Shown in pieces: positions 36,608-45,473 of a DNA stretch of 61,391 bases (position 1 is its first letter; each line of letters opens with the position of its first letter). The notes beneath the pieces were generated by a model. The model worked only from the letters and a program-made list of their open reading frames with translations, did not search any database and had not been told where the DNA came from. Source of the DNA: Bacteroidales bacterium (GTDB lineage: Bacteria; Bacteroidota; Bacteroidia; Bacteroidales; F082); the NCBI GenBank assembly GCA_017549705.1, contig JAFYNO010000081.1, forward strand, positions 1 to 61,391, given 5' to 3'. The position numbers were made by a program, and so were the translations under genes.

Positions 36608-37915
36608 TTATTGATTGTTAGTGAGTTGGAGAATGTTTTTCTTGGCAAATATAGTCATGGAAATGCCTCTTGCAAGCATGAAGCCAAGAAAAGCGATCCA
36701 AAGTCCATGGTTGCTATACATTGGGACTAAAATATACCAAAGTGGTAGAAATACCAATATTGATGAAATGATCATAGTATTGCGGATGGCTTTGGAGGCT
36801 GTTGCGCCAATGTAGATGCCGTCCCAAAGGAAAGCAGCAAAAGTGATAATCGGAATCAATACCATATATATATAATAAGGTTGAATTTGATCGATTATTA
36901 AGGGATGGTCTGATATTATCTTAACAAAAGGAGTGGGGAAGAGTGCGTAAAGGATAGCGAACGGCAGGCTTATGTAGAAACCCCATTTGAAAAGAAGAAT
37001 TACAACGCTTTTCAGGTTTTTGGAGTCGTTGGCGCCAACATATTTCCCGACTAATGCTTCTCCGGCGTAAGCGAAACCGTCAGTGAAATAGGAAAAGATG
37101 TAGAAGAATTGAAGTAGTATCATGTTGATACTCAAGATGTTATCTCCCAATTTGGCGGATTGGTTAGTAAAGAATGCAATTGTTAAAACGAGGAGAATAC
37201 TTCTTATCATTAAGTCGGTGTTGACCTTGAAAAATCTTTTTAATTTATTGATATTCAATAATATACTAATATTAGGTTTAATAAGATAGTTATTATATTT
37301 GGTAAATAAAAATAACAAAGCTGTGGCTAATCCGCAGTATTGAGCGAGGACAGTGCCGAGTGCCACACCAACGACGTCTTGTTTCATCACTACGACGAAA
37401 AATATGCTAAATGCGATATTTAACACGTTGATTATTATGGCAATAGACATTGGAATTTTAGTGTTTTGCATGCCAATAAACCATCCATTAAGGCAATAAA
37501 GCAGCATATTGGCTGGTGCGGCCCAAATCCTGATGAAAAAATAAGATATAGCCAGATCTTTGACCTCGTCGCTGCCGTCCAGTAGAGCCAGACTGAGTCT
37601 GGCTATGGGTTTTTGAATACATAATATTAATAGGAATGCAAAAACGGCTATGATTATTGATCTATATAATGAATAACTGATTTCTATATGATTGTTGGCG
37701 CCGAATGATTGTGCTGTGAATCCTGTTGTTCCGGCGCGTAGGAAGCTAAAAAAAGAATACAGAACACTAAAAATAGTGCCTCCCAGGGCTATTGCACCGA
37801 TATAAATTGGTGAGCTGAGGTGGCCCATCAGAATCATATCGACTAAACCCAGCAACGGGATGGTTATGTTGCTGATAATGTTTGGGATTGCTAATTTTAG
37901 GATTGAACGATTCAC
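36608..37915 (-). CDS. MATE-family efflux transporter
   Basis: NRSILKLAIPNIISNITIPLLGLVD is the canonical MATE N-terminus and there are 12 TM segments. GTG 37915 chosen because the -7 box lies at 37932-39. Confidence 0.85.
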   Translation of the reverse strand: MNRSILKLAIPNIISNITIPLLGLVDMILMGHLSSPIYIGAIALGGTIFSVLYSFFSFLRAGTTGFTAQSFGANNHIEISYSLYRSIIIAVFAFLLILCIQKPIARLSLALLDGSDEVKDLAISYFFIRIWAAPANMLLYCLNGWFIGMQNTKIPMSIAIIINVLNIAFSIFFVVVMKQDVVGVALGTVLAQYCGLATALLFLFTKYNNYLIKPNISILLNINKLKRFFKVNTDLMIRSILLVLTIAFFTNQSAKLGDNILSINMILLQFFYIFSYFTDGFAYAGEALVGKYVGANDSKNLKSVVILLFKWGFYISLPFAILYALFPTPFVKIISDHPLIIDQIQPYYIYMVLIPIITFAAFLWDGIYIGATASKAIRNTMIISSILVFLPLWYILVPMYSNHGLWIAFLGFMLARGISMTIFAKKNILQLTNNQ

Positions 37916-37931
37916 TTGAAAAATTTTTACG

Positions 37932-37939
37932 CAAAAATA
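37932..37939 (-). promoter_or_regulatory. -7 box (TAttTTTG) for the MATE gene
   Basis: Plus strand CAAAAATA, 17 nt upstream of GTG 37915. Confidence 0.45.
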
Positions 37940-37971
37940 AAAAATATTGTGTGATGTATTAGAATTTTTTG

Positions 37972-37979
37972 TAAATTTG
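37972..37979 (+). promoter_or_regulatory. -7 box (TAaaTTTG), possible distal promoter for the lipoprotein gene
   Basis: Exact motif, but 188 nt upstream of ATG 38167. Confidence 0.3.
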
Positions 37980-37999
37980 CGCAGTTGAAAATGAGGGGG

Positions 38000-38036
38000 T
38001 GTGGAAAAGTGTGGAGCGATTCCACAAAATTCCACA
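38000..38036. promoter_or_regulatory. array of four TGTGGA(A) hexamers, two direct plus two inverted, phased at 10 bp
   Basis: TGTGGA at 38000 and 38010. TCCACA at 38021 and 38031. The dyad centre is near 38018. Confidence 0.6.
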
Positions 38037-38166
38037 GATGTGTTAAATGAAAACGAGAAAGTTTAATTGTTTAAAATATTGATTATCAAACGATTAGTAA
38101 AATAATTAAATTTTAAAACAGTTTGGCATAGTTTTAGAATCATCTAATTTCAAATTTATAAACACA

Positions 38167-39027
38167 ATGAAAAAAGCATTAACAATTTTATCAGTCGCAT
38201 TAGTAGCACTTTTATTAAGCTCATGCGTTGAGAGTTCAAAGAAGTATCAGACATTACTTGCAGAGAAGGAAGCTCTTGCAGTTGAGAACCAGAACATGGA
38301 GAATGAGTTTAATTCAGCAATGGGTCTCATCAACGAACTTGAGAACAACCTTCAGGCAATTCGTGAAGAAATGGGCGTTCTTGTTGTGCAACAGGAAGGA
38401 AAAGACAGAGATCAGGTTGTTTCTGAACTCGTACAGATTAAGCAAGTCATGACTGAGAATCGTGCTCGTTTGGATTCATTGAGCGACGCATTGGACAAAG
38501 CAAACAGAAACAATGCAAACCTTCGTGCTCACGTGAAGAAACTTCAGGCTCAGCTTGTTGAAAAAGAAGAAATGATTGCTGACCTCATGGCTCAGATCCA
38601 GGAGAAAGATGGTCAGATCAGCTTCCTGAACACTCAGGTTGAAGGTTTGAATAACGACCTCAATAATGCTAACAACACAATTGAGAATCTTAACAATGAG
38701 AAGACAGCTCAGACAAACGAGATGAACACTGTTTATTACATCAACGGTACAGCTAAGGAATTGAAGGCAAAAGGCGTTATCCTCAGTGCAAAGAAAGTTC
38801 TCCAGAACGACGTTCCTACACAGGAATTCACAAAGGGTGATATGCGTGACCTTACTTCAATTGTTTACAACTCAAAGAAGGCTGTTGTTCTCTCAACACA
38901 TCCAGCTGATTCTTACAACCTCGTCAAAGGTGTTGACGCTGATGGTAAGAAGATTGTTACACTTGAAATTACAAATCCAGAGATGTTCTGGATAGTAACT
39001 AAATATTTGGTTGTCTTAACCAAGTAA
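38167..39027 (+). CDS. coiled-coil lipoprotein of unknown function
   Basis: Lipobox LLLSSC, then about 170 aa of heptad-like Q/E/N/L-rich sequence and a C-terminal globular part. Confidence 0.8.
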   Translation: MKKALTILSVALVALLLSSCVESSKKYQTLLAEKEALAVENQNMENEFNSAMGLINELENNLQAIREEMGVLVVQQEGKDRDQVVSELVQIKQVMTENRARLDSLSDALDKANRNNANLRAHVKKLQAQLVEKEEMIADLMAQIQEKDGQISFLNTQVEGLNNDLNNANNTIENLNNEKTAQTNEMNTVYYINGTAKELKAKGVILSAKKVLQNDVPTQEFTKGDMRDLTSIVYNSKKAVVLSTHPADSYNLVKGVDADGKKIVTLEITNPEMFWIVTKYLVVLTK

Positions 39028-39054
39028 TTTTTCTGCTCGTTTTCAATATTTACG

Positions 39055-39093
39055 GAAATCCGGCGCCGCCTGGCGCCGGATTTCTATTTTTTT
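39055..39093 (+). terminator. intrinsic terminator after the lipoprotein gene
   Basis: GAAATCCGGCGCC-GCCT-GGCGCCGGATTTC followed by TATTTTTTT. Confidence 0.85.
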
Positions 39094-39126
39094 GCAAAAA
39101 TTTGACGCGGATAATAATAAAATACT

Positions 39127-39134
39127 TACTTTTG
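39127..39134 (+). promoter_or_regulatory. -7 box (TActTTTG) for the sigma-54 activator gene
   Basis: Exact motif 23 nt upstream of ATG 39157. Confidence 0.45.
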
Positions 39135-39156
39135 CAAAACGAGTAGAAATTTTATT

Positions 39157-40497
39157 ATGTCAAAAAGTATATTGATTGTCGATGACGACGTGGCCTTTGG
39201 CGTGATGCTAAAGACGTGGTTCCAGAAAAAAGACTGGGAGGCAACTCTTGTTGCCAACTTGGATAAGGCTTTGCAAACGTCTAAGACAACACAGTTTGAC
39301 TTGATCCTCAGTGATTTGCGTTTGCCGGATGGTGATGGCATTCTTTTTCTCAACTATTTGCGAGAGAAAAAAATAATGACACCTTTTATAATAATGACAG
39401 GCTATGCTGATGTGCAGACCGCCGTCAATGCCATCAAACTTGGAGCTTTTGATTATCTTAAAAAACCTATAGTGCCGGATTTGTTAGAAGAAAAAATAGA
39501 ATTGGCACTGAAGCGAGATGATAGTGAGGGTAAGAAGGATAAAGAGGATAAGATGGATAAGAGGACGGCTGTGATGGTTAAAGGCAATAGTCCGGTGATT
39601 CAGAGAGTTTACAAGCATGTGGCCTTGGTTGCTCCGACGAAGATGTCGGTGCTTATCATGGGAGAGAGTGGCACTGGAAAAGAATATATTGCCAGAATGA
39701 TTCATGAGCAGAGTGGTAGAAAAAACAAGCCGTTTATTGCTGTCGACTGCGGCAGTCTATCGATGGAGCTGGCCCCCTCAGAGTTGTTTGGCCATATGAA
39801 AGGTTCGTTTACTTCGGCAATTGCCGATAAAAAAGGCGTTTTTGTGGAAGCAAACGGAGGAACAGTATTCCTTGACGAAGTGGGAAATCTGCCTTACGAG
39901 GTTCAGAAACAGCTTTTGAGAGCGTTACAGGAGCAGAAAGTCAGGCCGGTAGGATTAACACAAGATATCAATGTGGATGTAAGAATAGTGGCTGCCACAA
40001 ATGAAGATCTTGAAAAAGCCATTGAGGAAGGACGTTTCCGTCAGGATTTGTACCATAGAATCAATGAGTTTTCAATAGAGGTGCCACCATTACGTGACCG
40101 TATTGACGATCTTGAGGAGTTTGCAAATTGTTTCCTCGCTCAAGCTAATGAAGAGCTAGGGAAAGATGTTAAACGCATATCTTCTGATGCCTTGGATATC
40201 TTGATGAGGCATCGTTGGGATGGTAACTTACGAGAGCTTAGAAATGTTATCCGTAGAGCGACGTTATTTGCTGAAAATGAAGAGATTACTCCAGACAATC
40301 TGCCTGTGTTAAAAGATCGGTCACAGGGATCTGTTGAAATCGATGAAATGGCATTACAGCCAGGTGATGAGAAAGCGCAGATTTTAGCAGCGTTAAAACG
40401 AGCCCGCGGTAATAAAACAGTTGCCGCCAAACTACTTCAGATTGACCGTAAGACGTTGTATAACAAGATGCATCAGTTGGGAATCGAGCTTACTTGA
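39157..40497 (+). CDS. NtrC-family sigma-54-dependent response regulator (REC-AAA+-Fis HTH)
   Basis: REC (ILIVDDD...DLILSDLRLPDGDG), Walker A GESGTGKE, sigma-54 contact loop as GSFTSA, and C-terminal HTH NKTVAAKLLQIDRKTLYNKM. Confidence 0.9.
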   Translation: MSKSILIVDDDVAFGVMLKTWFQKKDWEATLVANLDKALQTSKTTQFDLILSDLRLPDGDGILFLNYLREKKIMTPFIIMTGYADVQTAVNAIKLGAFDYLKKPIVPDLLEEKIELALKRDDSEGKKDKEDKMDKRTAVMVKGNSPVIQRVYKHVALVAPTKMSVLIMGESGTGKEYIARMIHEQSGRKNKPFIAVDCGSLSMELAPSELFGHMKGSFTSAIADKKGVFVEANGGTVFLDEVGNLPYEVQKQLLRALQEQKVRPVGLTQDINVDVRIVAATNEDLEKAIEEGRFRQDLYHRINEFSIEVPPLRDRIDDLEEFANCFLAQANEELGKDVKRISSDALDILMRHRWDGNLRELRNVIRRATLFAENEEITPDNLPVLKDRSQGSVEIDEMALQPGDEKAQILAALKRARGNKTVAAKLLQIDRKTLYNKMHQLGIELT

Positions 40498-41176
40498 ATT
40501 CCGGATGCAATTCGTAAAATTTGTTTTCAAATGTGCGGACGCGTGTCAATGATTTACGTGTCCAATCAAGACGTATTTCCTGTTTTTCTTCTTCAGTGAG
40601 ATGCCAGTTGATGTTGCTTTTGTGCAGCCGTTGTGTTAGTGTGTACATCAGTAATGCCGCGGAAACACTGATATTAAAGCTTTCTGTAAATCCATGCATT
40701 GGAATCTGTACGTACATGTCGGAGTGCTCGAGGGCATAGTCGGTTAGACCTGTTTTTTCGGTGCCGAAAACAACGGCGATGGGCTGGTCGAGTGGAAGAG
40801 TGTCGAGCGTGTAATCGTCCTGATGTGGGCAAGTCGCCACTATTTTATATCCTTTGCTGTGTAGATAGTCGAAAGTCTCCGGCGTGTTGAATTCATTGAC
40901 ATTATATTTATGGAGATCGAGCCACTTGCTAGAACCTACGACAATATCCGGATTTATATCGTAAACCCATTTATTTTCAATAATATGGACGTCTTGAACA
41001 CCGGTAAGATCGCAGCTTCGTAGCACCGCGCTAGCGTTATGTGACTGATAAATATCCTCAAGCACAATGGTCAGATGGCGAGTGCGATAATTGAGTACCT
41101 GCTCAAAACGTTGTTTTCTTTCCTCGGTAATGAAATCAGAAAGAAATTCGTATAATTTTTGTTCTTTTGCGTTCAA
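40490..41176 (-). CDS. trmH: SpoU/TrmH-family tRNA (Gm18) 2'-O-methyltransferase
   Basis: SpoU motifs NASAVLRSCDLTGV, VVFGTEKTGL and IPMHGFTESFNISVSAA. Apparent TTG start. Confidence 0.8.
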   Translation of the reverse strand: MNAKEQKLYEFLSDFITEERKQRFEQVLNYRTRHLTIVLEDIYQSHNASAVLRSCDLTGVQDVHIIENKWVYDINPDIVVGSSKWLDLHKYNVNEFNTPETFDYLHSKGYKIVATCPHQDDYTLDTLPLDQPIAVVFGTEKTGLTDYALEHSDMYVQIPMHGFTESFNISVSAALLMYTLTQRLHKSNINWHLTEEEKQEIRLDWTRKSLTRVRTFENKFYELHPEFK

Positions 41177-41220
41177 AATGAATAACTTACGTTAAGTTTA
41201 TGATTTGAGTAAAATTTTTA

Positions 41221-41228
41221 CAAATATA
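41221..41228 (-). promoter_or_regulatory. -7 box (TAtaTTTG) for trmH
   Basis: Plus strand CAAATATA, 45 nt upstream of TTG 41176. Confidence 0.4.
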
Positions 41229-41263
41229 ATGAAAAAAATGTTCGATTGTAAAGAAAAATAACG

Positions 41264-41271
41264 TATTTTTG
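41264..41271 (+). promoter_or_regulatory. -7 box (TAttTTTG) for the TPR membrane protein gene
   Basis: Exact motif 27 nt upstream of ATG 41298. It is bracketed by TTCGATTG / CAATTCGAA inverted sequences. Confidence 0.45.
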
Positions 41272-41297
41272 CAATTCGAAAAAATGTATTTATAGAT

Positions 41298-41990
41298 ATG
41301 GCAAAAGAAAACGTACAGAAAGACGAGGAACGTCTTGAACAAATTGAGTCAACATTAGGAAAGACAGAAATGTTTATTGAGAAGAACCAGAAGACCATCA
41401 CAGTGGTTTTAGCAGTCATCGTGGTTGTTGTTTTGGCAATTTTCGGAGTGAAGAAATTCGTTATTGAACCACGTGAGGCAGAAGCACAGAAAGCCATGTT
41501 CCGTGCTGAACAGCTTTTCGGCACTGATGATTATGCAGTTGCATTGAACGGTGACGGTAACAACGCTGGTTTCATGGATATCATCAATGAATATGGTGGA
41601 ACAAAGTCGGGCAATCTGGCAAGATATTATGCAGGTATTTGCTATCTTAACACTGGAGATTTCAATAACGCTATCAAATATCTCGGCGAGTTCAAAGGTA
41701 AAGATCAGATTGTGAAGCCATTGGCCACAGGTGCTATGGGTGATGCATATCTCGAACTTGACAATGCTGCTGAAGCTGCAAAATGCTATGAAAAGGCTGC
41801 AAAAGAATCGAAGAACTCATTCACAAGCCCAATGTTTTTGATGAAAGCTGGATTGGCTTACGAGATGGTCGAGAATTATGCTAAGGCATTGGAAATGTAT
41901 AAGATTATCAAGGCTGATTATCCGAACAGCAATGAAGGATTTAGCATTGAGAAATACATTGCTTATGTAGAAGCAAAGCTTTTGAAATAG
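41298..41990 (+). CDS. membrane-anchored TPR protein (YfgM-like architecture)
   Basis: Single TM (ITVVLAVIVVVVLAIFGV) followed by TPR-like helices. Confidence 0.65.
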   Translation: MAKENVQKDEERLEQIESTLGKTEMFIEKNQKTITVVLAVIVVVVLAIFGVKKFVIEPREAEAQKAMFRAEQLFGTDDYAVALNGDGNNAGFMDIINEYGGTKSGNLARYYAGICYLNTGDFNNAIKYLGEFKGKDQIVKPLATGAMGDAYLELDNAAEAAKCYEKAAKESKNSFTSPMFLMKAGLAYEMVENYAKALEMYKIIKADYPNSNEGFSIEKYIAYVEAKLLK

Positions 41991-41993
41991 TTT

Positions 41994-42020
41994 AAAGTTG
42001 AAAGTTGAAAGTTTAAAGTG
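41994..42020 (+). repeat. heptamer-periodic tract AAAGTTG AAAGTTG AAAGTTT AAAGTG
   Basis: Read directly. The 11-mer AAAGTTGAAAG recurs on the other strand at 55345-55355. Confidence 0.7.
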
Positions 42021-42049
42021 CCTGATTCTGAAGGGAGTCAGGCATTTTT
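42019..42049 (+). terminator. intrinsic terminator after the TPR membrane protein gene
   Basis: 11-bp stem (42019-29 / 42034-44) including two sense-strand G-U pairs, GAAG loop, then TTTTT. Confidence 0.8.
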
Positions 42050-42064
42050 GATAAATATAAGGAT

Positions 42065-43030
42065 ATGAAAATCATATATTTTGGAACGCCAGAGATTGCA
42101 GCTTCTCAGCTTGAAGCGATATTGGCTGCAGGCTATGAGGTGCCAGTTGTTGTCACTACACCTGACCGTCCGGCGGGACGTGGCAAGCAGCTACATTCGT
42201 CGGAGGTGAAGGAGTGTGCTTTGAAACACGGATTGCCTGTTCTGCAACCGGAAAAGCTTAAAGATGAGGCGTTTGTGGAGCAGTTGCGTTCATATCATGC
42301 TGATTTGTTTGTTGTTGTAGCTTTCAGAATGCTTCCTGAGGTGATTTGGAGCATGCCGCCGAAGGGGACGATTAACCTTCACGCATCGCTGTTGCCGCAA
42401 TATAGAGGTGCGGCACCTATCAATCATGCAATTATAAACGGTGAAAAAGAGACTGGTTTGACTACTTTTATCCTTGATAAAGAAATCGATACTGGAGCAA
42501 TGATAATGCAGGAGAAAGTGGCGATTAGTGATACGATGACGGCTGGTGAACTTCATGACGTTTTGATGCAACTTGGGAATGATGTCATCGTCAAGACAAT
42601 AAAAATGATAGAAGAAGGGAATGTCCAAGCTGAGAGTCAAAATTCTGTCATCGAGAGAAAAAATTTGACATTGAATCCTGCTCCGAAGATTTTTAAGGAG
42701 GATTGTTATATAGATTGGAACAAGACTGGAAGAGAGATTTACAATTTCGTGAGAGGCCTTTCGCCATATCCAGCAGCCCATGCCAAGATACAGAATCCAG
42801 AAGGGGAGATTTTGGATTTGAAGATATACAAGACCGAATTAGCGTCAAAATCTGATGGTTGCGACAGTATTCTGTGTTTAAAAACAGATCAAAAAACGTT
42901 TTTAGAGGTTGTTTTGAAGGATTCTTGCATAAAAATCATGGAACTTCAGCAGGCCGGCAAGAAAGCGATGCCAATTGCGGAATTCCTAAGAGGGACAAGG
43001 GTTTCCGAAGATTGGAAGCTGGTTTTGTAA
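42065..43030 (+). CDS. fmt: methionyl-tRNA formyltransferase
   Basis: IYFGTPEIAA, HASLLPQYRGAAPINHAI and full-length Fmt pattern. Confidence 0.95.
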   Translation: MKIIYFGTPEIAASQLEAILAAGYEVPVVVTTPDRPAGRGKQLHSSEVKECALKHGLPVLQPEKLKDEAFVEQLRSYHADLFVVVAFRMLPEVIWSMPPKGTINLHASLLPQYRGAAPINHAIINGEKETGLTTFILDKEIDTGAMIMQEKVAISDTMTAGELHDVLMQLGNDVIVKTIKMIEEGNVQAESQNSVIERKNLTLNPAPKIFKEDCYIDWNKTGREIYNFVRGLSPYPAAHAKIQNPEGEILDLKIYKTELASKSDGCDSILCLKTDQKTFLEVVLKDSCIKIMELQQAGKKAMPIAEFLRGTRVSEDWKLVL

Positions 43031-43102
43031 GTTATTATTGAAAATTTTTTCAAAAAAATTAAAAAAAAATGAAAAAAACGTTGCAAGTGACTGATTTTAT
43101 GT

Positions 43103-43110
43103 TATATTTG
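43103..43110 (+). promoter_or_regulatory. -7 box (TAtaTTTG) for the HU gene
   Basis: Exact motif 38 nt upstream of ATG 43148. Confidence 0.45.
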
Positions 43111-43147
43111 CATTGTCAAAAATTACAAACTTATTAAAACTTACAAA

Positions 43148-43411
43148 ATGAATAAAGCAGAATTAGTAAATGTGATGGCTGAAAAAGCTGGCCTCACAAA
43201 GGTTGACGCTAAAAAGGCATTGGACGCTTTCATTTGCGCAGCAACAGGTGCAATCCGTAAAGGTGAGAGAATCTCATTAGTTGGCTTTGGCACATTGTCA
43301 ACAACAAAACGTCCAGCACGTAAAGGTCGTAACCCACAAACTGGCAAAGAAATCATGATTGCCGCTAAGACAGTTGTGAAATTCAAAGCTAGCGCTGATT
43401 TAGTAAAATAA
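43148..43411 (+). CDS. hup: HU-family DNA-binding protein
   Basis: MNKAELV...GFGTLSTTKRPARKGRNPQTGKEI is a typical HU/IHF arm. Confidence 0.95.
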   Translation: MNKAELVNVMAEKAGLTKVDAKKALDAFICAATGAIRKGERISLVGFGTLSTTKRPARKGRNPQTGKEIMIAAKTVVKFKASADLVK

Positions 43412-43432
43412 TAGGTTTTACTATTGACAACT

Positions 43433-43458
43433 AAGGTCGCTTTCGAGCGACCTTTTTT
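43433..43458. terminator. intrinsic terminator between the convergent hup and recQ genes
   Basis: AAGGTCGCT-TTCG-AGCGACCTT followed by TTTT. recQ stop is at 43461. Confidence 0.8.
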
Positions 43459-43460
43459 GT

Positions 43461-45392
43461 TTAGAATAAAGTACGTTGTCCGCTTGCCTCTTTGAGGTTG
43501 CCGTTTTCATCCTGCTCTATGACGCCGTTGTCAAGCATCCAGCGCACGGTTTCCAGCACTTTTTCCTCAAGATAGTTCTTCGCCAATGACGGTGTCTCGT
43601 AAAGTGGCACTACTCGTTTCTTGACTTCTTCGAGTATCAATTCGCTTATGTTTTTGTACTCTTCATCGTTGATTTTCATCTGATTGCGGATGTTACAGAC
43701 ATCGCATTTACCACATCTCGTCTTGATCTTCTCGCCGAAATAACGTAAAAGTTGGACGCTACGACATTCGGTATCGTTATTGACGAAGTCGATGACAGCT
43801 TGAACGCGTTTAGTGGCGTCATCTTTTCGATCTTTATAAACTTCGTCTGACAAAGCAAAATGACGAGTGTCTTGCCGTTCTGTCAGATATTGAATCTGAG
43901 GTTTGTCACTGCGTTGTATATATGATAAGAAGTTGAATTTCTCCAATTTTTTCAGTATTATTTCAACATTTTCTACGTTGATGCCAAGCTTGTGACTGAT
44001 TTGCTCTTCTTTTATCTTCACGAAATCTGATAGAATTCCAGGGTAGTTTCTCAGCAGGAACTTAATCATGGCGTCGAATTCGGCATATTCCACCTGGAAG
44101 CGATAGAGGTCTTCGCGGCTTGCTTTGATGAACAGCTGTGACGGAGTGTTCATGGCTTCAGAAAGGGCAAAGAAACCTTCTCTTTCCATGAGTTTTAATG
44201 AGTTAAATACTTCTAGCAAAGAGAATCCATAGCTAGTCGCGAACTCATTCATGTCGAAAGGATAACTTTGTCCGTTGCCTGCACCTACTGGTATTTGCAG
44301 ATAATTACCGAGCGCATCGTATATTGTTTTTATGCGATCAAGTTCTGGATACGACTGTTGCAAGTTTTCCTTTAGTTGTTTGATATCGATGTCTGATACA
44401 AGTAGGAAAGCTTCGGAGGGCTTGAGGTCGCGGCCGGCGCGTCCTGCCTCTTGGAAGTAAGCTTCGAGTGTGTCGGGAAGATCCATGTGGATGACGAGGC
44501 GCACGTCGGGTTTGTCGATGCCCATTCCGAAGGCGTTTGTTGCCACAATGACTTTGATTTTTCCATCCATCCACAACTTCTGGCGCTCGTCACGAGTCTT
44601 GGCGTCTATGCCTGCATGGTAAAATGTCGCGCTGATGCCAACGGATTGCAGCCAGTCGGCGATTACCTTAGTACGCTTTCTACTGCGGACATACACTATG
44701 CCGCTGCCAGACTGCATCTTCATAAAGAGACGGTACATAAGTCCATATTTATCAGCGACTTTGATGACGTTATAAGTGACGTTTTTGCGCTCATAGCTTG
44801 TCTGGAAGACATTCTTCTCTTTAAAACCAAGCCTATATTGAATGTCTTCTACGACTTTTGGTGTGGCTGTCGCTGTAAGAGCTAATACAGGTGTATTCGG
44901 GATGTACGGTCGAATCTCTGCAATTTTCAGATAAGGTGGACGGAAATCGTAGCCCCATTGCGAGATGCAATGCGATTCGTCTATGGCTAGGAGGCAAACC
45001 TTCATCTTTTTTACTGCTTCAATGAAGGCTTCGGTCATCAGGCGCTCGGGCGAGACGTACAGAAACTTTAGATTGCCGAAAACGGCTTTGTTATATGCTA
45101 TTTCCACTTCGCTCGGGTGCATTCCTGAATAAATAGCGGTGGCCTGAATGTTGATATTTTTCAGATGTTGGACCTGGTCTTTCATCAGCGAGATGAGCGG
45201 GGTGACTACGATACAGACGCCGTCCATAGCCATTGCTGGGACCTGGAAACATATCGATTTTCCGCCTCCTGTCGGCAGTAACGCAAGGGTATCACGGCCC
45301 TCGATGACAGAATCGACAATGTCTTCCTGCATAGGGCGAAATGATGGATATCCCCAGTATTTAACCAAAACCGATCGCGTCAGTTCACTCAT
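43461..45392 (-). CDS. recQ: ATP-dependent DNA helicase RecQ
   Basis: YWGYPSFRPMQ, Walker A PTGGGKS, DESH box, RQC and a Zn-Cys cluster. ATG 45392 chosen because the track's TTG lies in the -7 box. Confidence 0.93.
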   Translation of the reverse strand: MSELTRSVLVKYWGYPSFRPMQEDIVDSVIEGRDTLALLPTGGGKSICFQVPAMAMDGVCIVVTPLISLMKDQVQHLKNINIQATAIYSGMHPSEVEIAYNKAVFGNLKFLYVSPERLMTEAFIEAVKKMKVCLLAIDESHCISQWGYDFRPPYLKIAEIRPYIPNTPVLALTATATPKVVEDIQYRLGFKEKNVFQTSYERKNVTYNVIKVADKYGLMYRLFMKMQSGSGIVYVRSRKRTKVIADWLQSVGISATFYHAGIDAKTRDERQKLWMDGKIKVIVATNAFGMGIDKPDVRLVIHMDLPDTLEAYFQEAGRAGRDLKPSEAFLLVSDIDIKQLKENLQQSYPELDRIKTIYDALGNYLQIPVGAGNGQSYPFDMNEFATSYGFSLLEVFNSLKLMEREGFFALSEAMNTPSQLFIKASREDLYRFQVEYAEFDAMIKFLLRNYPGILSDFVKIKEEQISHKLGINVENVEIILKKLEKFNFLSYIQRSDKPQIQYLTERQDTRHFALSDEVYKDRKDDATKRVQAVIDFVNNDTECRSVQLLRYFGEKIKTRCGKCDVCNIRNQMKINDEEYKNISELILEEVKKRVVPLYETPSLAKNYLEEKVLETVRWMLDNGVIEQDENGNLKEASGQRTLF

Positions 45393-45407
45393 CTGAATAT
45401 TTTTTTG

Positions 45408-45415
45408 CAAAGATA
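45408..45415 (-). promoter_or_regulatory. -7 box (TAtcTTTG) for recQ
   Basis: Plus strand CAAAGATA, 16 nt upstream of ATG 45392. Confidence 0.45.
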
Positions 45416-45437
45416 AAAATATTTAGCAAAATTTTTG

Positions 45438-45445
45438 TAATTTTG
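45438..45445 (+). promoter_or_regulatory. -7 box (TAatTTTG) for typA
   Basis: Exact motif 29 nt upstream of ATG 45474. Confidence 0.45.
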
Positions 45446-45473
45446 CGCCCGATTTTTTCAAAAATTTAAATAA

